Below, one piece after another: positions 58,401 to 64,000 of a stretch of DNA of 64,000 nucleotides. The notes under the pieces are model-generated. The model did no database searches and had not been told where the DNA came from. It was given only the letters and a program-made list of their open reading frames with translations. Numbering within the stretch: the stretch's first letter is position 1; every line of letters starts with the position of its first letter. Where the stretch lies: NCBI GenBank assembly GCA_902761355.1, contig CACWJY010000010.1:21207-85206 (forward strand). Reading direction: 5' to 3'. The stretch comes from Fibrobacter succinogenes. Its GTDB lineage: Bacteria > Fibrobacterota > Fibrobacteria > Fibrobacterales > Fibrobacteraceae. Position numbers and translations under genes: made by a program.

Positions 58401-59724
58401 CCAGCGAGGAACTGCTGTGCGAGTTGCTCGAAAGTTCATCGTCACTACTTGTATTTCCGCCTGTACGAATAATACCTACTCCCGAAAGCGGAGCAAGGTC
58501 ATCAAGATAGTTGTCGATCCACTGAACATGAACCAGCACATTTCCGTCAATCCATTTATTCTTGTTCGACGAATAATCCACGAACACCATGTGACCCGTA
58601 TTGGACGCCACAAAAAGGTGGCCATAACCATCGGTCGTTCCCTGGTCCAAGCGCCAACCCACGCCCGGCGTTCTCGGCCCAGTTATTTCACCTTCATTAA
58701 AGAAATATTCACGAAGGTCGATGGTCGCCACCACTTCGGCCTGGGGCTTCCCCTGCATATCACGATAAGGGCGAATCTGCACTATGCGGGCACCACCAAA
58801 CACAAAGATTGTCTTTGAATAGGAGTCATAAGCGCCACCATGAGCACCTTCCAAAGCATCAATCAAAACCTTGGTTCCCATCGATGTAATCACGGAATCA
58901 CCTAACGAGCCACCAACAGAATCAATATTATCTTTAGTCACTAAAGTCTTTACCGTATCCTTAAATACGCCAAAATAAGCCTTTTTATTTGCATTCTTTC
59001 TATCCGCATCGGAGCATACGCCGTAGCCACTATTTCTTTCGCAGCCACCACCGAGATAGTCTGAATAGGTAAAGTACGCCGTACCATCCCCATCCCAAAT
59101 AATCGTAGTGACCGTGTCAGGATGACGTGTAGAATTCAAATGAACACGATAGCCCTTGGACGAGAAATTTTTGTTCAGGGAATCCGTCACCGTTGCAAAT
59201 CTATAAAGGGGACCCGGAATGCCTGCCGCCCACAACCACTTTTGGGAGGGATCCATCATCAGGTGCCACACACCCGTTGTTTTCGTATTTGGATCCGTTC
59301 TTGACGTTTTAACAAGGCATTTGCCCCCCTTTTCCTTAGCGGACTTATTCACCTTATAGACATTCTTTCCTTGTCCGGCCACCAACAAATCACCATCAGG
59401 GTGATGCACAATGCCATCAGCACCACTAACACCTTCGCCAGAGGTACAAATAGTCTTTTTGTCAGAAGGTTTCATTAAAAGGTAACCCGCACCATCGTAC
59501 TGGTAACTAATACTTTTGACGCGATCACCTTTACCATCATTTTCGTACTTGGTATAGTACAGCGTAGCCTTGGTCGCAGCATGCGGCACAATATTGCCCT
59601 TTTGCTGAATCCAGATACCCGTCGCCGGATTTTCCGGAGCCAGCATTGATGCCGATGACTGGGCAAATGCGCCAGACACCATCGCCAACAGCAAGGATGA
59701 AATGTATTTAACTGTTTTCTTCAT
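55462..59724 (-). CDS. Large secreted protein: beta-propeller-like N-terminus, Ser/Gly/Asn repeat linker, DxDGDG modules, Fibrobacter-type C-terminal domain
   Basis: Signal peptide, QGNSSGSNGGSSDS repeats, and C-terminal NLGQYV..WNFKD..GRFVGTGVY..WG with a basic tail. Confidence 0.85.
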   Translation of the reverse strand: MKKTVKYISSLLLAMVSGAFAQSSASMLAPENPATGIWIQQKGNIVPHAATKATLYYTKYENDGKGDRVKSISYQYDGAGYLLMKPSDKKTICTSGEGVSGADGIVHHPDGDLLVAGQGKNVYKVNKSAKEKGGKCLVKTSRTDPNTKTTGVWHLMMDPSQKWLWAAGIPGPLYRFATVTDSLNKNFSSKGYRVHLNSTRHPDTVTTIIWDGDGTAYFTYSDYLGGGCERNSGYGVCSDADRKNANKKAYFGVFKDTVKTLVTKDNIDSVGGSLGDSVITSMGTKVLIDALEGAHGGAYDSYSKTIFVFGGARIVQIRPYRDMQGKPQAEVVATIDLREYFFNEGEITGPRTPGVGWRLDQGTTDGYGHLFVASNTGHMVFVDYSSNKNKWIDGNVLVHVQWIDNYLDDLAPLSGVGIIRTGGNTSSDDELSSNSHSSSSLVEYHESSSSVKSSSSSTGNSGSSSSGLNSSGSNGNSSDSQGNSSGSNGGSSDSQGNSSGSNGGSSDSQGNSSGSNGNSSDSQGNSSSGSNGGSSDSQGNSSGSNGGHSSGSVGSSSSGGNGGNNSSGNENGSSSSRTGSGDDESENSSSSRAIGSGDDEEERSSSSRVYFGADDYEEPDESDFDSYPSVEAFEKGDSLVAGVVKVNPKPIDPNNPNMVEINGSGYELTNNPKGESLDLRYNSGKDSAKVGEVIAITLDPEKVKEYFSNPDSIKVKSNGDILLLDSAGNKTDMLVINADGSVTIYVTADQVVEGGSIKVVGGGRMVIIDNINFYDPIPDSNKGYIKDTDGDLALDYVEIPLDDTLSRAYDIKDVQLIVNGKPLDCVNPKLNKNRDRIIVEKLSEYLTLPSIGKFPRDAKALITYVDGFGATYVREVPIVEMGSSIIKEAYAIRHVKASKDSKDKGLDSLFLLFNIDLIPADLESPEMLVRLKQAAEPYGFDLDQIKKVYMPTQNIVILAGTNYKLQGEDKDSVSLYPNVTFDSLPYITSDEYDRQVPVRVTDRFPTSKNVEYWDTDGDGVLDRIVTVFDRKLTEADIDGSLYLSFPWYSYRGMLIQLQAQPEALKIDPDDSTRVIWEVFSPTELAKGVTSISEKLPEANVYTYYHIFGETFVNEESAPLVDKMPPVVASATLSYGKKADTLLVAFSEPIQTKGLQGSDYFSYIHGKDKIDLYPSRIDWSADGLTAKLVFNGDHGTIMPGDSLVVHKGSKDWLKDNYGNKVGEKPQAVVIGGLLNHLVEGTNMGSFDINDDRIVDEDDNKTYTLQTVSSVNLRYVPGTTTKEDMEREGALGQLVQLGERFIPQLLDAAQVSADGSYDPNALDSIKPEDVYISFIVNYFDNLGQYVNDTTITVPCKSHKFGGNCLDTDKKVFVNWNFKDHKGRFVGTGVYNVQFKMVVRYEDKKIVEEIKDKWGVRRKKHKK
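58084..58320 (-). repeat. About 42-bp coding tandem repeat (NSSGSNG[GN]SSDSQG, 5 units plus a partial)
   Basis: Visible in both the translation and the DNA. Confidence 0.9.
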
Positions 59725-59751
59725 ATCCGTACCCTCTGAAAGTTTCCTTAA

Positions 59752-62496
59752 CTAGTGCTTTTTCTTGGCAGAAATGCCCCACCTAAAGATTCTTTCAATT
59801 TTAAAATCTTCCCTGGCGCCGAACACCTTGATTTTGAACTTCGCCAAATAAATACCGACTCCCACGCGGCGACCATTGTCAGCACGCATGTTCCAACGTA
59901 CATAAAGCTTGTCCGGGTTCTCGAGGCAGTTGCCTTCGAAGAACGGATCATTACAATCAATCTTGCCCGAGGCGCCCCCCACATAGGCACCCAAATTTGT
60001 ATAGACATAGAGTTCCCATTCGAGGCCAATATTGTCTTTATTCGGCACATAAGCACCCGCAGAACTAGAATCCGGTTTCATAATCGTAGAGAAGCCCACA
60101 TCCATGAGCACACCCAAAGAAGATTCGTCCGAAGCCACCTTAGCATCCTTTACATGCTCTATGGTAAACGGCTTTACGCGATCGCTCAATTCAGCAGCCT
60201 TGTTCAAATCCGCGAACGAGGTCGTCTTCATAATCACACGCGGGTCGCCTTCCACCATGGCGGCGGGAGAAAGGTCAGAGACCTTGTTGCCACTGCGGTC
60301 CGTAAGGCCATTCTTAAAGTTGTCAAAGCGTACAGAATCTGCCGGATTCATACGATCCGAAAGGTCTTCACCCGCTTCCATGTACAAAGTAACGGTCCGA
60401 CCATCTTCACTCCATTCGGCAGCCCCCAGGCTATAGTGCACCCAGCGGCCATCTACCTTAAATTCAAGGCAATCGTCCAGCAGAGCCAAATTCTCATGGT
60501 CAATCGCTTCGGAGAACGAGATGGTAAACTTGTCCGGTTCAAGCATCTGGTAAGATTCTGGATTCAGGAATGTTCCCGAAATAACCGGCGGCATATAATC
60601 GCCCATGTCGTAAAAATTTTCTTCTTCGATGCTATGATCCTCGACCGTGAGCTTGCCTCCCACCGAGACCCTTCCGTACTCTACGGCACCGTCTCTGGAA
60701 TAGGCCTTGTTGATACCGGTCAATTTCTGCTTTACGTTATAATCTTCCGGATTATCAAGCTTAAAGCCCACCAAGAGACCATCATCCGAAATCGACAGGT
60801 CATCCAGTTTCGGAACGATTTCCAAAAGGTCGCCATCTTCGTCGAGCCAGTAGAATTTGAGATTCATGTTCTTGAGGTCATCTTCGGTAACCGGATCCAA
60901 GAAACCGACCGAGGCACTATCCATGCGTCCATCGCCATTGCGGTCATAGAAGCCGTTCAACTTTTCATCGACAAGATAACGGCCCGAAGGTTGCACAGGC
61001 ACCTTCTGGTTATTCTTGCTTGTGGGCATACCATCCGCAGCGGTCAAGGTTCCATCGGGGCAGCCTTTTTCCTTGCTGCACGGAGCTTCTATTTTGAGCA
61101 AATCCCCCACATGCACCGTTCCCTGCTTTACCACAAACGCCCACTGGGTTCCGTCTTTAGAAATTGCAGAGACTTCAATCGGAGAGCCATTGAGATTCAA
61201 ACCACGACCGGACGTCCAAGACGTATCTAGCGCCTTTTTAAAGCGAACGACCAAGGTATCCATCTTGTCTTCACCACGAGCCTGAAGCAACGTAGCCGAC
61301 TGGATTACAGCACCGATACTATCGACAAGCGCCGTCTGCAACGTAACGCAGCTATCACTCATCGCCGAGCAAACCCGAGCCTTAACTGCACCCTTCGCAG
61401 AATCCCCCTGCAACGAGTCGACCTTTACGCCAGGGAGCCCATATTCATCGCCATTCTTTACAGGTTCGCCGCCGTACGTTTTAAACGAATCGTCGTTCGG
61501 CCAGTTGTATTCAAAACCCTTGACATCCATAGATTCAGTCTTACCGCCAAACCAGGTCGCAATGCTATCGCCAATACCGTCGCCATCGGTATCGTAGATA
61601 GCGGCCTTATCCAAAGAAGGCATGTCGGGATAAGTAAACTGGAGCGAACCCGGGAAAGGCCCAGACAAAAGGAACTTGTTCGTATCTTGCGGATCCTTGA
61701 ACGAATTCAAGCTGAAAGGCAAATCCCCAGAAAAAGCCTTCTCTGCCGTTATCAAGAACTGACCCTCGCCTTTATCAAGATTGAGACGAATGGAGCCGTC
61801 GCGCTGTTTTAGGTTTTCACCACGTCCACCGTCTTCACGGACACTATAGAAGCTCAAATTTTCACCAGTTTCCGAAGTCTTGAAATAGAAAGTCTTCTTT
61901 AAAGTAGAGTCTACGCGATTCTTAGCCGGACCAACCGGAACAATCGCTTTTACATCGACAAGAATTGTTTCGCCCACTTCGCATTTCAGTTCGGACGACG
62001 GATCAGTGATTTCTTTACCCTCTACATAATACTTGAGTTGCGGGACATAAAAATTGTAGAGGAGGCTTATTGTAGAATTTATTCCCTGAGCATCTTCCGA
62101 AGTTCCCAGTTCAAAGTTGAACAACTCATAATGGCTAGAGATTGTGAGAGAAAGTTTTTTGACTCCGGGATCAAGTTGAACAAACTGCAAATTCGAGACA
62201 TCTGAGGCATCTAATTTTTTAGTGGTATCTGGCTTTGTACGAAGGGTAACATAATCCTTTCCATCCAATTGCGGAGCATACACGTAAAACGACGCACCAG
62301 GAATCGTATCCTGATTTTCGTCCAGAAGGAACAAATTCGGACCACCATTAGCCTCGATTCGCTTATAAAAGCACATTCCCTTTTGTTCTTCCGTACCAGT
62401 ATAATTTTTGCAATCGACTGCAAATGACACTGTCGAAAGCGCAAGCACCGACAGCAGCACAAAAGAAAGAATATGGTTCTTCAAAAACAGCATCAC
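59752..62496 (-). CDS. Large secreted protein sharing DxDGDG modules and C-terminal domain with the downstream gene
   Basis: Signal peptide, YDTDGDGIGD, YDRNGDGRMD, and NLGAYV..GNCL..WNMRADNGRRVGVGIY..WG with a basic tail. Confidence 0.85.
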   Translation of the reverse strand: MMLFLKNHILSFVLLSVLALSTVSFAVDCKNYTGTEEQKGMCFYKRIEANGGPNLFLLDENQDTIPGASFYVYAPQLDGKDYVTLRTKPDTTKKLDASDVSNLQFVQLDPGVKKLSLTISSHYELFNFELGTSEDAQGINSTISLLYNFYVPQLKYYVEGKEITDPSSELKCEVGETILVDVKAIVPVGPAKNRVDSTLKKTFYFKTSETGENLSFYSVREDGGRGENLKQRDGSIRLNLDKGEGQFLITAEKAFSGDLPFSLNSFKDPQDTNKFLLSGPFPGSLQFTYPDMPSLDKAAIYDTDGDGIGDSIATWFGGKTESMDVKGFEYNWPNDDSFKTYGGEPVKNGDEYGLPGVKVDSLQGDSAKGAVKARVCSAMSDSCVTLQTALVDSIGAVIQSATLLQARGEDKMDTLVVRFKKALDTSWTSGRGLNLNGSPIEVSAISKDGTQWAFVVKQGTVHVGDLLKIEAPCSKEKGCPDGTLTAADGMPTSKNNQKVPVQPSGRYLVDEKLNGFYDRNGDGRMDSASVGFLDPVTEDDLKNMNLKFYWLDEDGDLLEIVPKLDDLSISDDGLLVGFKLDNPEDYNVKQKLTGINKAYSRDGAVEYGRVSVGGKLTVEDHSIEEENFYDMGDYMPPVISGTFLNPESYQMLEPDKFTISFSEAIDHENLALLDDCLEFKVDGRWVHYSLGAAEWSEDGRTVTLYMEAGEDLSDRMNPADSVRFDNFKNGLTDRSGNKVSDLSPAAMVEGDPRVIMKTTSFADLNKAAELSDRVKPFTIEHVKDAKVASDESSLGVLMDVGFSTIMKPDSSSAGAYVPNKDNIGLEWELYVYTNLGAYVGGASGKIDCNDPFFEGNCLENPDKLYVRWNMRADNGRRVGVGIYLAKFKIKVFGAREDFKIERIFRWGISAKKKH

Positions 62497-62629
62497 GACC
62501 TCAAAAAAGAGCTAAAACTTGCAAACAAAAATTTGCACAATATCTATCCCAAAGATATGATTTTTTTTTGAGAAACGAACAATAAAAATTTACGTTGTGA
62601 CAATAATCGCAGGGCATTTCCAAAACGGA

Positions 62630-63787
62630 TTATTCCAAGTTGGAATAAGCGTTCGCGAGGTCCGTCACGATATCGTCCATAAAAATCCAGCCGCGACCTT
62701 TTAGCTGGAGCACACCATTTTTCTTTATTACAAATTCCTTACAGACCCATTTGGAAATACACGAGGCAGCCTTGTCTTCGGCATCCTCAATTCCGAACTC
62801 ACTCAAGCCCTTAAACGACATGCCCTTGGACTGCCGAAGCGAAAGCCAGATATACTCCATCAATTTATCTTCGCGATTTAAGCAATCCACAGACAAACTT
62901 TCTTGAGGGCAGCCCGCCAAGACATAGTCCCGCCAGCGCGGGTAAATTTCGGGGGCATAGAAACGTTGATTTCCTAAGAAACTGTGTGCTCCAGGCCCGA
63001 TGCCCACATATTCACCGCGATTCCAATAATTCTGGTTATGGACGCTTTCAAAGCCCTGACGAGCAAAATTGGAAACCTCATAGCGCCCAAAAACCTTACG
63101 TTCCAGTATTTCGACTCCACCCAGGTACATGGGCTCGTAAAGGTCTTCGTTTATAGACAACTCGCCTGCCGATACTTTATGTCCCAGCCGGGACCTCGGC
63201 GACACATTTAAGCCATAAAAACTGATGTGTTCCAACGGATAATCCGAAAGACGGTCGACATCATTTAAAAAGCCCTGCACCGTTTGCCCCGGCAGGTCAA
63301 ACATCAAGTCTGCATTCACCTGTAAATGCGGCGTAGACGTCAACAGATCCAGCGCCCTAAGGCCCGTTTCTACAGAGTGGGAGCGGCCAATCCGCTGTAA
63401 AAGTTCAGCATCAAAAGTCTGCAGGCCAAGGCTAATCCTATTTACGCCTAATTCCAAAGCGGCAGCAACCGATTCTTCGTTCGTGGATTCCGGATTGAAC
63501 TCCATCGAAATTTCTTGCAACGAGGACACTTTGAGACCCACCGAAGCAAGGCACTCAAAAATTTTTTTTAGGTAAGGCGGCGGAAGTTCAGAAGGGGTAC
63601 CCCCACCCAAATAAAGCGTTTTTACCGAAGTAAAAAAACCGGGATGAATCTCTTCGAAACATACAATTTGCTTACAAACCAGATCAGTATATTCCGCGTA
63701 AAGCCGCGATAGCGACGGAATCACCCTAAAATCGCAATAATCGCAGATCTTCTTACAAAACGGAACGTGAATATACGCACACAACAT
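62630..63787 (-). CDS. hemW: Radical SAM heme chaperone HemW (HemN-like)
   Basis: YIHVPFCKKICDYCDF, GGGTPS, YEVSNFA and HNQNYW motifs. Confidence 0.88.
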   Translation of the reverse strand: MLCAYIHVPFCKKICDYCDFRVIPSLSRLYAEYTDLVCKQIVCFEEIHPGFFTSVKTLYLGGGTPSELPPPYLKKIFECLASVGLKVSSLQEISMEFNPESTNEESVAAALELGVNRISLGLQTFDAELLQRIGRSHSVETGLRALDLLTSTPHLQVNADLMFDLPGQTVQGFLNDVDRLSDYPLEHISFYGLNVSPRSRLGHKVSAGELSINEDLYEPMYLGGVEILERKVFGRYEVSNFARQGFESVHNQNYWNRGEYVGIGPGAHSFLGNQRFYAPEIYPRWRDYVLAGCPQESLSVDCLNREDKLMEYIWLSLRQSKGMSFKGLSEFGIEDAEDKAASCISKWVCKEFVIKKNGVLQLKGRGWIFMDDIVTDLANAYSNLE

Positions 63788-63852
63788 GATTTTACAATGG
63801 AAAATTTTATTACAAACATCCCTTTTTATAAAATTTAGATTATATAGATAGT

Positions 63853-64000
63853 ATGAGCAACGAAGAAAAACAAAATTGGAAGAAAAAATTAAAGAAGCGT
63901 ATTCCGCTCCTTGTTTTTCTGACGTTGTCTACGACCATTTTCTTTCTCGCTTCAGCCCTGCTCCTTGACGAATCGTACAAAGACATCATCATTATCGCCA
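63853..64000 (+). CDS. Partial membrane protein (runs off window)
   Basis: Open frame MSNEEKQNWKKKLKKRIPLLVFLTLSTTIFFLASALLL... to the window end. Confidence 0.6.
   Translation, partial: MSNEEKQNWKKKLKKRIPLLVFLTLSTTIFFLASALLLDESYKDIIIIA

Overview
Bacterial chromosomal window, very probably from a Fibrobacter species. This is inferred from a Fib_succ_major/FISUMP-type protein, Ser-rich linkers with Fibrobacter/T9SS-like C-terminal domains, and Fibrobacter-type repeats. It holds the nuoB-K part of a complex I operon with no nuoA in front, a NuoE carrying an FN3-like tail and a NuoH with extra helices. It also holds c-di-GMP genes, a ferredoxin plus geranylgeranyl-reductase-family pair, housekeeping genes (glgP, ybaK, uxs, coaX, nadC, hom, rsmE, purT, murI, hemW) and several surface-glycan genes. 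Two divergent GLUG-type surface-protein paralogs share a near-identical 235-bp block and flank a Fic gene. Further along are an in-frame UvrD-PlsC fusion invaded by a REP-like array, a short sigma-70 factor and two large secreted proteins. No tRNA, rRNA, CRISPR array, transposase or integrase was seen. The most notable leads are the UvrD-acyltransferase fusion, an element built from inverted copies of its host gene's 3' end, the shared module in the surface paralogs, a phosphoglycosyl transferase with an I-site-retaining degenerate GGDEF domain, and widespread apparently leaderless genes. All calls come from motif recognition by eye; no database search was run.
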